Source of the DNA: Prorocentrum cordatum
Taxonomy: Eukaryota
Length of the DNA stretch: 64,000 nt
Reading direction: 5' to 3'
Assembly (NCBI GenBank): GCA_963575745.1
Contig: CAUYUJ010000245.1
Coordinates: forward strand, 1-64,000
This document shows positions 1 through 16,783 of the stretch, piece after piece. How positions within the stretch are numbered: the stretch's first letter is position 1; every line of letters starts with the position of its first letter. Below the pieces are notes generated by a model. The model did no database searches, was not told the origin of the DNA, and was given only the letters and a program-made list of their open reading frames with translations. Position numbers and translations under genes: made by a program.

Positions 1-2543
1 CCGCGGCGGCGCGGCGCGGCCGCCCGCGCGGAGCCGCCCGCCCGCGCCGCCGCGTGGGAGCCCGCGGCGGCGGCGCCGGCAGAGGCCAGCGTGAAGACGG
101 GCACGTCCTTCTAAGTCGCGTTCCTGTTAAGTGGCCCCTTGTTCTGCTAGGAGGTCCCCCCGATGTGTTTGATCCAATTGCAGGCTCCGCCTCCTGCTTC
201 CCCTGCTCCTGGTCGGCATGCTCGCCTCTTTTCGTTTGCCTCGCCTCTTCCTCTCGCCTCTCCTCCGCGTTCTGCGCGTGATTTCGCTGGCCGTTTGCGC
301 GTCCTCCTGAAGCGCGCCCTTTGTGTCTCCCGGGCCGCGGCTCGCTGAATATTTCCCGACTGCAGGTCGGTTTTGTGCGTCACAAGGAATATTCAAACAT
401 AGTCACAAGTAGTCTGGGGACGAATTTTGAATGCGTGTTGATTCCTTTTGAGTAATGATTGGCTATTTGCTTTTTTCGTAGGGGGGCATGCCCGACCAAA
501 CGTTAAGTCGGGCACGTCCTTCTAGTGATCGTTTTCTTATTCATTGTTTTGCCGATCGGCGCGGGCCGTCGTACCCCCTCTCCCTCCCCTTCTTGTGGAG
601 AAGATCTTGGCTGTGTCCGGCGCCTGGTTTCAAGCGCCTACAAAAAGCAGATTCCAAAAGAGTCTCGAAATCCTCAGGGGACGATGTTTCTCGATTATTT
701 GTTTGACTATGATGTTTATCTTGCGGTCCTGATGTCCGCTGTTCGCCCTAACTCCGCCTGCAGGAGGACGTGCCCGCCCCGAGGCCAGCGCCCGGCGGGA
801 GGGCCCCGCCGGCGTGCCCGCCGCTGAGGCCGCGGAGGCCCCGAGAACGGCTACAGCGGAGGCCCCCCCTCCTCCTCCTCCTCCTTCCTCCTCCTCCTCC
901 CTCCTCCTCCTCCTCCTCCTCCTCCCTCCCTCCTCCCCTCCTCCTTCCCTTCCCCCCACTTTCACCCACCTCTTTCGTTCCCTTCCCCTGGGTTGGCATT
1001 TTTTCCCTTTTTTTTCCATCCCCCCCCCCTCCCCCCCCTCCTCCTCCTCCTCCTCCTCCTCCCTTCCTCCTTTCTCCTCCTCCCCATCCTCCTCCCTCCT
1101 TCTCCTCCTCTTTTCGCATCATCCTCTTTTCCTCCTCCCTCCTCCTCATCCCTCCTCTCCTCCTCACCTCCTCCTCCTCCTCCCTGCCTTTCCTTCATTC
1201 CTCCTCCCACGGCTACAGCGGAGGCCCCGAGAACGGCTGCAGCGGAGGCCCTGCTTGCCTCCAGGGTTCGGGCCGGACGAAAGGGGCGGATTGCACCGGC
1301 CACCACAGGAGGAGCGGGGAGCGGGCCGAACGTCAGGGGCGGAAAAGAGAGGGGGGCGATGACTAGGGGGGGGGATTTCATGGCGCGGGCCATGCGATAG
1401 GCTATCTCCCCAGCTTTCATGGCGCCTCTTTTTATTTCCATGCGCACTTGGCCCCCCCGCTGGGCCGCGCACGTGCCGCCAGTCATGATTTGCACCCCCC
1501 CTCTTGGACACCCCCCTCTTGGCCGCTCCCGAGAAAGGGCGGGTCACGAAATTAGCTGCATGCAGCTGGCTTCGGCCTCACCGAGGGACCCATTCCTCGA
1601 TACATAGCCGCCTCCGGCGCCGGGAGGCGCAGCTACGTGAGCTGATTATCAAACCGCCCCTTTGCTATCCCCCCCTTTCGCTCGACCCGAAGGGTGCCCT
1701 GGGTTTCTTCGGTCTCGATGGTTCTGCGATGGAACGCGCGATGCTCCCACGCCAAAAAATCTCAATGGGCGTCCTGGGGTCTCAGGTCCGGGTTTGTTGT
1801 GGAAGGTTTTTTTGTGGACGGGCCCTCCACTGTACAGGCCCCAAATCGGCTACACTCGAAGACGAAGGACCCAACCATATGCAGGTGTTAGTACCGCAAT
1901 TGTGATTCTCTTTTTCGGTGGTGATCCCTATGAGGCAACGAACCGTGCTAGGGGTGTGCCGACATGAGTGGCGTGGTACACGACGCGAACGAAAACGATT
2001 GATCTGAGTACGTAGGGAGACTGAGCGCGGGTGAATCTGAGCGCGAGTGCGTCTGACTGTGCATCAATCTGCGTGCGAGCGAGTCTACGTGCATGAATGC
2101 GAGTACGCCAATGCATGGTATAATTGTACATGAATGCTAATAGTTTGTGAATGACTGCCTCTGAGTACTCGTGACGCTGGGCGTGGCCGCCGCAAGGAGC
2201 TTCCCCGGGGCTCCCCGACGGCATCGCCCGCGCGCCGCGACGCCACCACGAGGATCGCGCCCGCTTCCTCCCCTTCTTTTACTCCCTCTTTGCCCGCGCA
2301 CTCAAAAGTCCAAAGCTGCGGGCGCAGCGCAGCGCGGAGTCCCAGCGACGCGCGCAGGTCGCCCCGGAGGGGTCCCAGCGACGCGCGCAGGTCGTCCGCT
2401 GCGCGCAGCAAAAAGAGCTAGCTGGCTGGCTGATAGCGGGCAAGGCTCTTGCCGCTGGGCAGAGCGACGATGGGCGAGCGAGGCGCGGAACTCCGACGGC
2501 CTCCGGCAGAGGTGCACTGGGTGGGGGAGACGCAAGCGGACTG

Positions 2544-3603
2544 CGCCACGGGGACCTTCGGTGGAGCTCCATATATGGGGCCACGAAACGTGTGAGGGAT
2601 GTGCCGAAATGGGTGCGCGGGACGCGTGCGGGCACACCCACTGGGACCTTCGGTTGGGCTCCCTATGGGGCCGCGGAACGTGTGAGGGATGTGCCGAAAT
2701 GGGTGTGCGGGACGCATGCGGGCACACCCACTGGGACCTTCGGTGGAGCTCCCTATGGGGCCACGAAACGTGTGAAGGGTGTGCCAAAATGGGTGTGCGG
2801 GACGCATGCGGGCACACCCACTGAGACCTTCGGTGGAGCTCCCTATGGGGCCACGAAACGTGCGAAGGGTGTGGCAAAATGCATGTGCGGGACGCATGCG
2901 GGCACACCCACTGAGACCTTCGGTGGAGCTCCCTATGGGGCCACGAAACGTGTGAGGGGTGTGCCGAAATGGTGTGCGGGACGCATGCGGGCACACCCAC
3001 TGGAACCTTCGGTGGAGCTCCCTATGGGGCCACGAAACGTGTGAGGGGTGTGCCGAAATTGGTGTGCGGGACGCATGCGGGCAAACCCATGGGACCTTGG
3101 TGGAGCCCCCTATGGGGCCACGAAACGTGTGAAGGGTGTACCGACATGGGTGTGCGGGACGCATGCGGGCACACCCACTGGGACATTCGGTGGAGGTCCC
3201 TATGGGGCCACGACACGTGTGAGGGGTGGGCCGAAATGGGGTGTGCGGGACGCATGCGGGCACACCCACTGGGACATTCGGTGGAGCTCCCTATGGGGCC
3301 ACGAAACGTGTGAGGGGTGTGCCGAAATGGGTGTGCTGGACTCATGCGGGCACACCCACTGGGACTTTCGGTGGAGCTCCCTATGGGGCCACGAAACGTG
3401 TGAGGGGTGTGCCAAAATGGGTGTGCGGGACGCATGTGGGCACACCCATTGGGACCTTCGGTGGAGCCCCCTTATGGGGCCACGAAACGTGTGAGGGGTG
3501 TGCCGAAATGGGTGTGCGGGACGCATGCGGGCACACCCACTGGGACATTCGGTGGAGCTCCCTATGGGGCCACGAAACGTGTGAGGGCTGTGCCGAAATG
3601 GGT
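2544..3603 (+). repeat. 90-bp tandem repeat, ~12 copies
   Basis: CCACGAAACG-type anchors at 2581, 2671, 2761, 2851, 2941, 3030 ... 3570. Core is CACTGGGACCTTCGGTGGAGCTCCCTATGGGGCCACGAA. Confidence 0.95.
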
Positions 3604-3686
3604 GATGACGATGATGATGATGATGTGAGACGCGGGGACCGTTTCTTCAAAACGAGGACCCAACACCACAGGATGGTTGGGAATAA
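2544..3686 (+). mobile_element. Putative non-autonomous element: tandem array + (GAT)n + conserved end motif with hairpin
   Basis: The array is followed by (GAT)n and TTCAAAACGAGGACCCAACACCACAGGATGGTTGGGAA. The same motif closes the arrays at ~60259-60296 (+) and ~62747-62784 (-). Confidence 0.55.
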
Positions 3687-4664
3687 ACATAAACGTTTGG
3701 CGTTCCGCGCGGATGTCTTGGCTATGCGCCAGGCGACTCCAGAGCCGCCCTTGGCGCGCTCCGTGCGCCAGGGAGAGGGGTCCAGCGCAGATCCAAGAAA
3801 TCCGCGCGGAGCGCCAACAGTTTATGTTCATGGCATTTCCTTGTCTTCTTCTACCCAGTCGTTGACAATAGGTATTTTTGGATGCCCGCATCCCATTGTT
3901 TGTTCTAGGCGCCATCCTACTATCCTACTTCAAAAGTCGATGGGGTTGTCCCGCTTCCCTCCTCTTCAGGGGGCGGGCGGGAACACGATCTACTTCCAGC
4001 TCCTTCCTACTTCGTGTTTCCACCCACTTCTTCTGACCCACGGGTAAGAGTGACATTGTGCCGGAGTGTCCCTCCAGCACTGGCTGGCGCGTTTGGGTTC
4101 GGCCCCCCGCGGCCCCCTCAAGCCGCGCGCACCACCGGAGGTCACTGCTGCCTACCAAAACCTCGGCCTCCCCGCTGGGGTCCGACTAGATGAGGTCGGA
4201 GGGTCGCGCCACACCGCCGCTGCATCGCCGATGCGGCTCGATGTGGAGCCCCGTTTTCTCCGCGCCGACGTCGTCGATGCACCGTCGACGTCGACGATGC
4301 ATCACCGATGCGTCGTCGATGCGGCGCGACCCGCCGGCCCCATCTGCTCGGACCCCATCGTGGGGGACCTCTGCCAAAAGCCGTCGGCGGCGGACCGCGT
4401 GGTGGCGGACCGAAGCCACGCGGTGGCGGAGCGTGCGGGGGGGTCGCTCGTCGCCGAGCGCGCTCCACTACTCGCAAAGTGCGATTCGCAAACGTCAGAG
4501 AATAAATGCTTGTTTCGATGAGATGTATCGTATGTCCCCCGCGGCGAATGCAGGCTAGTTGCGACTGGCTACTCCGCGAGTGGTGGAACGCGCTCGTCCA
4601 TCGTGGATGTCGCGGTCGCGGCGCGGCCTCTCCAGCCGTCGCCGCGCCGACTTGGGGCCTCCAG

Positions 4665-4991
4665 AGCAGGGCGCCGCCGAGGACCTGCCCGTCGCCGAGG
4701 TGCTGTCCCGGCTCCTCGCGCAGGCCGGCGCGGACGACCAGCATGCGCCTCGGCGCTGCGCCAGCCAGCCGGCCAGCGGCGGCCCGCGCGGCCCCTGCGG
4801 CCGCGAGCGGCCGCCCGCGGGCCCGGGCGCGCCCGCCGACGCCGCCGCCGCAGCCGAGCCCGACGGCTTCGAGGGCGCGCCCAGCGCTGCCGACGTGGAA
4901 CGCATGCGGGCCCGCGTGGAGGAGCGCGCCGCGCAGCTGCAGCGGGACCTGGGCGAGCTGGCCGAGAGGCGGAGGGCGCTGCTGCGTGCGG
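4665..4991 (+). CDS. Probable exon of a host coiled-coil protein
   Basis: GC3-rich coding-like frame (DVERMRARVEERAAQLQRDLGELAERRRALLRA) flanked by microsatellite DNA. Boundaries are approximate. Confidence 0.45.
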
Positions 4992-6278
4992 GCACCGAGA
5001 GCTGGCTGCGGCGGCCGGAGAGACAGAAAGCACGGCACGAGCACAGGGGAGGAGGAGGAGGAGGAGGAGGAGAAGGAGGAGGAGGAGGAGGAGGAGGAGG
5101 AGAAAGGAGGAGGAGGAGGAGGAGGCGGAGGAGAAGGAGGCGGAGGAGGAGGAGGAGGAGAGGAGGAGGAGGCGAAGGAGGAGGAGGAGTAGGGGAGGAG
5201 GAGCAGAGGAGGAGGAGGAGGAGGAGGAGGAGGAGCAGGAGGAGTAGGAGAAGGACAAGGAGGAGGAGGAGGAGGAGGAGGAGCAGGAGCAGGAGGAAGA
5301 GGAGGAGGATGAGGAGGAGGAGAAGGAGGAGGAGGAGGAGGAGGTGGAGGAGGAGGGGGAGGGGGAGGAGGAGGAGGTGTGCGCTTGGATCTCTCGGGTC
5401 AAACGCCAGAGGCCCCCGCGGCGCCGCCCCTCGTGCGTTCCGTGCGCCGCGGGTCGGAGGAAGGAGAGGCGACACCAGCAGCAGCAGCAGCACCACCACC
5501 ACCACCACCACCACCACCACACCACCACCACCACCACCACCACCACCACCACCACCACCACCACTACCACTGCCACCACCACCACCACCACCACCACCAC
5601 CACCACCAGGGGTGCCACCCCCGAGCGAGGGGGTACACGATGCCTCCCCGAGCTGGGGATATGGAGGACAGCTCGAGGGAGAGGGTGGGGTGGGGTGGGT
5701 GGGGTGGGGTGGGGTGGGGGGGGCACACCACCAGGAGGACCATGCTACCATGCTCGTGCTCCCCGCGCTTGTGGTGGTGGTGGTGTCGCCGTTTCTTGCT
5801 CATAGATCTCTTGGGTCGGGGCCAGAACCCCTTGGCGGCGCCGCGGAAGTTTCGGGCGTGGCGAGGGCAGGGAGTTCAAGCGTTCCAGAGCGTTCTGGGA
5901 CGTTCTCAGAATGTCTTGGGACGCTCTGAGAAGGCCGCGGCGCCAGACACATCCTCCAGAACCGCGAGATCTCGGAGATCCCCGATGTTTGTCCCTGTCC
6001 GATGTTGCCCCGGCCCTGGCTTCGTCTCAGACTTGTCCAGCGAAGGCCCAGAAGAACCTCGCGCCGAGCTCCAAAAGCTCGTGATCGTGCCTCTGTTCGG
6101 CTCTTACCCTAGGCTTAGGTCGGTCGCGTCCTCCAACAGGCGTATTTTGGAAGAGAATGAAACATATACAAAAAAATAGCCAATGATAGTCACAAGGGTA
6201 CGAGAATCGTCACCAGACGTTGTTTTAGCCATTCTTGAATTCTCTTCCTGCAGAGGGACATGCCCGACTGCACCCCAG

Positions 6279-6465
6279 GCGGGAGGCGGAGGAGAGCCTG
6301 GCGCTCCACGAGGCGCGGCTGCGCGAGGAGGCCGGCGCCGCCGCGCAAGAGGTACGGGCGGCGGCGGCCGCGGCCAGGGCCGACTTGGAGGCCGTCGTCT
6401 CGGAGATCGACGGCCACCTGGCCGTCCTCGGCGCGGCGGCGTCGGCGCTTCGAAAACTGGCCGAG
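6279..6465 (+). CDS. Probable exon of the same coiled-coil protein
   Basis: CAG|G acceptor, then REAEESLALHEARLREEAGAAAQEVR...LRKLAE. Confidence 0.5.
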
Positions 6466-7132
6466 GGATGGGGCCCTCGGAGCCAATCTCCTCCTCCTCC
6501 TGCTCCTCCTACTCCTCCTCCTCCTCCTCCTGCCCCCCCTCTCCTCCTCATTCTCCTCCTCCCCTGGTCTTGTGGTTGGATTCCTGCTGCTCGAGGCCCC
6601 TCGACCCCCAGACACCCGAGGCCGTGGCTTTTCCACGGCGGGGACCCCCAGAGGTCTCGCTCCCTTCCCCGAGTCGGTCTGGTTGCGGTCCCAGGGCCAG
6701 GCCAAGGGCCCCCCGGAGGCCGAAGGCGGCCGGACACCCCCCGCCGTGCTTTTCGCGGCGACTCGAGTGGGTCTGGGCCCTCCTTGCTTTCTCCCTGCGG
6801 CCCGGGGGCACCCGAGGGGCCCCCCAACCCCCGTCGCTCGGGGGGGCGGAGAAGGAGGAGGAGGAGGAGGAGGAGGAGGAGGAGGACGAGGACGAGGACG
6901 AGGAGGAGGAGGCGGGGGAGGAGGAGGAGGAGGAGGAGGAGGAGGAGGAGGAGGAGGAGGAGGAGGAGGAGGAGGCGACCCCAGGGGCCTTGGGGTTGGG
7001 GTCCAGCGCCTCGCCGCCCATTGTCAGGACCGACTCCAGGGCACTCTCCAGCCGAGACGGCGCCCCTGCCGGCCGGGCACGAGCTGAGGGCCCCACCAGT
7101 CCTTCAGGGCCCCACCTCTCGAGCCCGCGGAG

Positions 7133-7306
7133 GTGGGCGCCTCGCTGGAGCAGCGGCGCCTCGAGCGGCTGGCGCTCGAGGAGCGCTGCGCCGCCGCCGT
7201 GGCGGCGTGGGCCGCGAGGGCCCGCGGGGCGGAGCGCGAGCGGCTGGCCCGCCGCGCCGCGGCGGGCGCGCGGCTGGCACGGGAGCGCGTCGCCGCCCTG
7301 TGCGAG
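7133..7306 (+). CDS. Probable exon of the same coiled-coil protein
   Basis: AG|G acceptor, then VGASLEQRRLERLALEERCAAAVAAW...ALCE. Confidence 0.45.
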
Positions 7307-7547
7307 GGCGGCTGGCCAGAAGAGGGCGGCACAAGTGCAGCGCTCGCAGCCGAAGTTCTGCCTCCTCCTCCTCCACTCCTCTCCTCCTCCTCCTCTCCTC
7401 CTCATCCTCCCTACCTCTTCCTCTGTTCTCCCTCCCTTTCCCCTCTCTTCCTCCCTTCCTTTCCCCTCCTCCCTCCTCTCCTCTCCCTTTCCTCCTCCTC
7501 CTCCTCCTCCTCCTCCTCCTCCTCCTCCTTTCCTCCGCCTCCTCACA

Positions 7548-8326
<779 letters not shown>

Positions 8327-8904
8327 TTCTTCTCCCACGTCGGCCTTGCCAGGATCGCCTCCCCTCTACGCTCCAGTCTTCTCCCCGCTCGTTGTTCCTC
8401 CTTCCTCCGCTCTCCCCTCTCGGCCCCCCTCTCCCGCAGCATCCCCTCCCATCCCCCATCCCCCCTCCCTCCCCTCCCTCCCTTTCCCTTGTTCTCCCAC
8501 TCCGCTCGGCCAGCAAGGAGGAGGAGAAGGCAGAGGCGGAGGAGGCGGAGAAGTGGAGAAGTAATAGAAGGAGGATTGAGAAGGGGGGGAATGATGATCA
8601 TGAGGAGGAGGACGACGACGACGATGAGGAGAAAGGAGGAGGTGGAGCAGGGGATTGAGATGGAGTTGGACACGATTACTGGCTCAAGCCTCACTAACAT
8701 TCCCCAATCAGTGCTTTCACTCAACGGGTCTTGGCGGAAATCGAAAGATCTGGCGAAAGGTGCTGGCTGATTTCGGTAAGCGGCCGGGTTCACGGGTTCC
8801 CGTGTCCGGGTTCCAGGGTCCCGGTTGTTGGTTTTGGACCGATTTCAGTGGGTGGCGGGGCTTCCGGGGTTCCAATGTCTTGGTTCCGAGTTCCCGGGGT
8901 GCGG

Positions 8905-9620
8905 ATCGATGTTATTATCGATCTCATTATCGGTCTCACCATCCATTTCATTCATTTGATCTCATTATATTGTTGATATGACTATCGATCTCGTTGTCGA
9001 TCCCACTATCGATCACATTATTGCTGTCACGATCGATCGCACTCTCGATCTCACCATCGATTACACGATCGATCTCACGATCGAGTTTACTATCGGTCTC
9101 CTTATCGATGTCACTGTCGATGTCACGATTGGTGCCACTATAGATCTCACGATCGATTTCACTAATGTAACTACCAACCTCACACTTGATTTCACGATCG
9201 GTCTCACTGTCGATATCATTATCGATGCCACGATCAATCTCACTATCGATCTCATTCACTCAATCGGTATCACTATCGATATCACGATTGAGATCCCCAT
9301 CCATCTCACTGTCGATCCCACCATCGATCTCACCACCCATGTCACTCAATCCATCTCACCATCGATCCCACAAACGATATCACGACTTTTCTCACGATCG
9401 ATCTCACTCAATCGATCTTACAATCGATCGCACCATCGATCTCACACTTGATCTCACTATAGATATCGCTATCTATATCACCATCGACTTCACTATCGAC
9501 ATCCCTCAATCGACCTCACTACCAATCCCACTATCGATATTACTATGGATCTCACGATCCATCTCACTTTCGAGCTCATTCATTGGATCTCACTACCGAT
9601 CTCACCATGGATCTAACCAT
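8905..9620 (+). repeat. Degenerate 12-bp minisatellite (ATCGATCTCACT-like)
   Basis: ATCGAT-CTCAC units recur throughout the interval. Confidence 0.85.
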
Positions 9621-11189
9621 TGAGGTCACGACCGCCAGCATAACATAGCATGGGAAGGAGCATAGCCCCGTACACCCCCGCGCCACGGGGGAACCGCGGG
9701 ACACCATGGGACACCACGCGACACATTCAGGACACCATAAGGACACCATCGGGACACCATCAGGACACCATCGGAACACCACCACGGGGCCATTGCCAGC
9801 CAACCCAGGGACGAGCAACTCGTGGTTCGTCTTCGCCCTGGCATCAGCGGGTTCAGTCCTTTCGCCCGCCAACGCAGCTTCACCTCGCCCGCACGCACGA
9901 CACGACCACGAAACCGAAACCGATTGCCTGCGGGGGGCCCTTCGTTTCACTGCGATCTCACCCCCCAACCTCCGATATATCGACAGGGAGAGAGAGCGAG
10001 AGAGAGAGAGAGAGCCAAAACATCATGATAAAGAGGACAGGATGAGAGAGACGGAGTACAGAGAGAGAGAGAGCGAGAGAGAGAGAGAGAGCGAGACAGA
10101 AAGAGAAAGGGCGCGTATGTGCGTTTACATGTATGCACACAGAAGACAAAGTATTGAGAGAGAGAGAAAGAAAAGCGTTTCCATGTATACAGAGAGGGAG
10201 AGATAAACAGAGAGACACAGAGAGAGAGAGACATAGGAGCATAGAATAACTAGATTGTACTACAACGCACACTCGAACTAGGCTATGGCGGGAGGAATGC
10301 CGATCGAGGTACCAGCGAAACAATTAGAAACCTACTGATTGGCGTCTTCTCTAGTGCAATCTTGTTTTACGGGCAGGATACGTAGGGCACGGAGGAGGAG
10401 GCATTCAAGGCGACGAACTCATTCAGAAGAAAGGGGTACCGTGTGATGCCAATTTGGTGGGATGGTGCCTCCCCTGAAGTGCCATTCAGGCGCGTGGTGC
10501 CCGGATCATGGAGTTGGGAGGATTCTTTCGGATCATGGAGTTGGGAGGATTTTTTGGTGCCTATCCGTGCCAACCCAGTCCAAAGCGCAGAGCTTTCGCT
10601 CTCCCCCCCACGGTTGGAAGGTGGGCGTGCGGAGCGTGCGCACTTGAAATATATGAAGGTCCTTTGCTTCCCTCCCCCCAAGGTTCGTGCGGGACGCGTT
10701 CCGAACGAGCTCAGCGTGGAGGGAACCCTAGCTGGCTGCAGTCGCGAGAAATCCAAAAACACCTGTCGAGGATCAGGCCTCCTTGAGACACGCCGCGTAA
10801 ACTGGCAAAGGTCGAGCTCGTGCTGGTACAACTCCCAGCGAACTAGCATCAGGTTAGACATGTTTAATATATGTATATATACACTATATACTGTACTATA
10901 TACATAAATTATATCTGCTTTTTTATCGTATATTATATGCCTATATATATATATGTATAGCGAATTACAGCCCACCAGAAGGAAAAGAAATGGGGAGGGG
11001 CGCGGAGGAACAGGGAGCAGGGAAGAGTGGCAAGGGAAAGACCGAGGGATACCTTTCCCCTTGATGGGGAGCCCTACGGTGGCTGCTTCCGCGGCGGGGG
11101 TGTCCAGCCCCATGGTGGCCTATAGTTTCACCTCTTTTCGGCCGAGTCGTATGGCGACTGCCGCTCTTGCGCAGCAGCCGCGCCTTCTG

Positions 11190-11670
11190 CCCTCCCCAGA
11201 GGGGTGGGAGGGGCACGTAACAGTGGAAGTAGTACGGTGTGCGAACACGCCGCTCGCTCTGGCGGGGCCTCCCTGGAGGGGTGGGAGGGGCACGACACAT
11301 TGTAAATAGGATGGTGTGCGAATACCCTGCTTGCCCTGGCCGGCCGCCCTGGAGGGGTGGGAGGGGCACGAAACCATTCTGAATAGTACAGTGTGCGAAT
11401 ACCTTGCTCGCCGTGGCGGGGACTCCGTGGAAGGGTGGGAAGGGGCACGACACCGTGCCAATAGTATAGAGTGACAATACTCTGCTCGCCTCCTTGGAGG
11501 AACTGGAAGGGCACGAAAACATGTAAATCATATTGTGTGCGAATAACCTGCTCGCTCCGGCGGGGCCTCCCTGGACGGGCGGGGGGGGGGGGCACGAAAC
11601 CGTGTGAATAGTAGGGTGTGCGAGTGCCCACCCCGCTCGCTCTGGCGGGGCCTCCCTGGGCGGGCGGGAA
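11190..11670 (+). repeat. Degenerate ~77-bp tandem repeat (~6 copies); one more unit at ~14020-14097
   Basis: GGGCACG anchors at ~11211, 11288, 11364, 11443, 11509, 11590 and ~14031. Confidence 0.8.
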
Positions 11671-12299
11671 GGCTTCGACACGGTGTAGATGACGTGTACG
11701 TGTCACGGCGCACCGGGGCCCGGGCCCCCCCAGGGCCCGGGCCCCCGGGGCCGCGGCCTCTGCCACAAATGGGGGTGCACAGCTCATTTTCGTTAGGTTT
11801 TCACCCGGTTTCGGGCGACCCGGGGCCTTCAGAGGCCCCCAGGGGCTGCAGGGAGGCCGCAGCGACGGCCCCAGACGCCCTGAAGCCGCTCCTACAGAAC
11901 GGCGCGCCGGGGCCCGGGCTCGCGGGGCCGCGGCCCCTACCACAAACGGGGGCGCACAGTGTATTTTTTCGAAATGTTTTTGGAAGGTTTCGGCGACATG
12001 GGGCCTTCAGAGACCCCCAGAGGTTGCAGGGAGGCCGCAGCGACGGTTCCAGACGCCTTGAAGCCGCCCCTACGGAGTTCCAAGACCGCACCAGATGGTT
12101 CGAACAGGCAAAACATGTTGATTCTCCATTGTTTTTTTGTCCAAAGTGTTTGGGTTCTTCGCCTTCTCGAGCTTGCGACGCTTCGAGCGTGCCCGGGAAT
12201 GCTTCAAGACCGCGCCAAAAGTGCCCGAGAGACCCCCACATGCTTGCTCCAGGTCAGCCCAACAGGACTCCAACACGGCTCCAGAAGGAGCCTCAGAGG

Positions 12300-13260
12300 A
12301 AGGTCACAGATGGGAAATTGAGGTTTTCGTTCGAAGAGGCTCCTAGGAGGCCTCCAGGGTCCTGCAAAAGCCAGTCGGAGAGCTCCCAGAGGCCCACAGG
12401 ACGCCCACAAGACGCTCCGAAACAGTTTCCGAGAGGAGCCGAACAAGGGTCAAAGCGCATTGCAAACACCCAGGGGCTGATTTTCCAAGGCTTTGATGAG
12501 CCCAAGACGGCCCAAGAGCGCCACAAAACGATCCCAAAGATGCAAGTTTCCCGCCCCAGAGACCCCTGGAGGCTCCCACAGAGGCGTCGTACGGCTCATG
12601 AGGCTGCCACACCGCCCCAAGAGGCTTCCGACAAGCCTCGCAAGGAGGCCCTGAAGGGCCCAAATCGTTGTTTGTCCGAGTTGTTTTCGGAGATACCGCC
12701 TTGTCGCCTGCTCCGCTGTCCTACGTTCCAAGACGGCCCAAGAGACACCCAACACCGTCACCAGACGGCCCAACACCGGCATCAGACGGCCCACGTCATC
12801 GTGATCAGACGGCCCAAGAGAACGGCCCAGCAGAGCTCCAAGACGGCCGAGACGGCCCAAGGCGCCGCCACAACGGCTGAGAAGATGGTCCCAAGAGAAG
12901 TCCCAGACGGGACCCGCCCAGAGAGGCCGCCAAAAAGCCCCCAAGAGGGGTCAAACGGCGCAAGATGCCGGTTAACCGCGCCAAGAGACTTCCCAGACGC
13001 CTTACAGGATGGCCCCGAGAGGTCAGAATTGTTGGTGTCAGTGTTGCTTGGAAAGATTTCGGCTCTGTCGTCTTTTGGCCGATCCAACGCTCCAAGATGG
13101 GCCAAGAGGCCCCCAACACCACCACGAGACATCCAAAGAGGCTCCCGCACGAGCCGTACGAACCACGATGGCCCCAGAAGGCTCGAAGACAACGAGAGGG
13201 ATCCAAGGCGAGACCCCCAGACTCGAAACCGAGAGTCTCGTCCACCGAAGGGCCCCGAGC
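12300..13260 (+). repeat. Degenerate short-period repeat (GGCCCAAGA/GACGGCC-like)
   Basis: CCCAAGA and AGACGGCCC words recur. Confidence 0.6.
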
Positions 13261-14095
13261 ACAGGAGCGGAACGAGGTGGAGGAGACGGAGGAGAAGGAT
13301 AAGGAGGAGGATAAGGAGGATACCGAAAAGGACGTGGAGGAGAACGGGGAGGAGGAGGAGGTGGAGGAAGAAAAGGAGGAGGAGGAGACGGAGGGAGAGG
13401 AGGATGATGATGATGAGGAGGAGGAGGAGGAGAGGCAGAAGGAAGAGACAAAGAGAAACAGAGACCGAGAGAGAGAGAGAGAGAGAACTTCCAACCGGAT
13501 GTACTGAGGCATCCAGGCCAACAAGGCTTCACCAGCACCTCGAAGAGCCAGTGCTTTCAGACAGGATGGGCAACATTGTGCCCGTGTTGTCAAACACGAT
13601 GCGGGGAGTGCCTCAATGTGGCCACAGGCGCCCTCAAGTCGCACCCTCAGTGTCGCCACAGGCGCCCAAAACGCTCAGCGACGGCTTCAGATTGCAGAAC
13701 ATCACCTTCCGACTACCTGGAGAACCCCGACGATGCTCCCAAGGGACCCCAAGAAGCGCCAAGACGCCCCCCCAAGAAGCACGCATGATGTGCCTCCAAC
13801 AGCAAATTGAAGAAGAACGCAGAACCCCCCAGAAGCCCTTCAGATGCCCCCACGAAGACCCAAGAGGCCCTCGGGAGGCACGACTATGTCACGCGCCTGT
13901 GCTTGATAGCGCTGTCCAAGATCTTCCAGCGCCCTCCCGGCCTGGGCTAGAGCTTGAGCGTGCGCGAAGCGCGCGCGTCTATTATGCATATTCTCCTCGC
14001 CGTTGCGGAGCCTCCGTGGACGGATGGGTGGGGCACGAAACCTTGTAAATAGTCTGGTGTGCGAGTGCCCTGCTCGCTTTGGCGGGGCCGCCCTG

Positions 14096-16647
<2,552 letters not shown>

Positions 16648-16783
16648 GGTCCCCCCCCCCTCGAGGGGACCCCCACCAAACCCCACGGCTAAGAGGAACC
16701 GCTCTCGTTGCCCCACTCCTCTTCCCCAATTAAGTTAAAGGACAAGAGTAGTGGTAAATGATGCAGAGGCTGGCGGCGGCAAA

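Noticed and set aside
2544..3603. CRISPR array or hammerhead ribozyme array
   Set aside because: The sequences between cores are near-identical, so there are no unique spacers, and there are no cas genes. GAAAC is present but the CUGANGA hammerhead core is not.
8672..8688. Short TGGCTCAAG matches to the spliced leader (also ~41431)
   Set aside because: The match is only ~9 nt, and no credible gene follows.
11604..14048. 814-aa ORF
   Set aside because: It runs through degenerate repeats and (GAG)n, is R/P-rich and has no domain.
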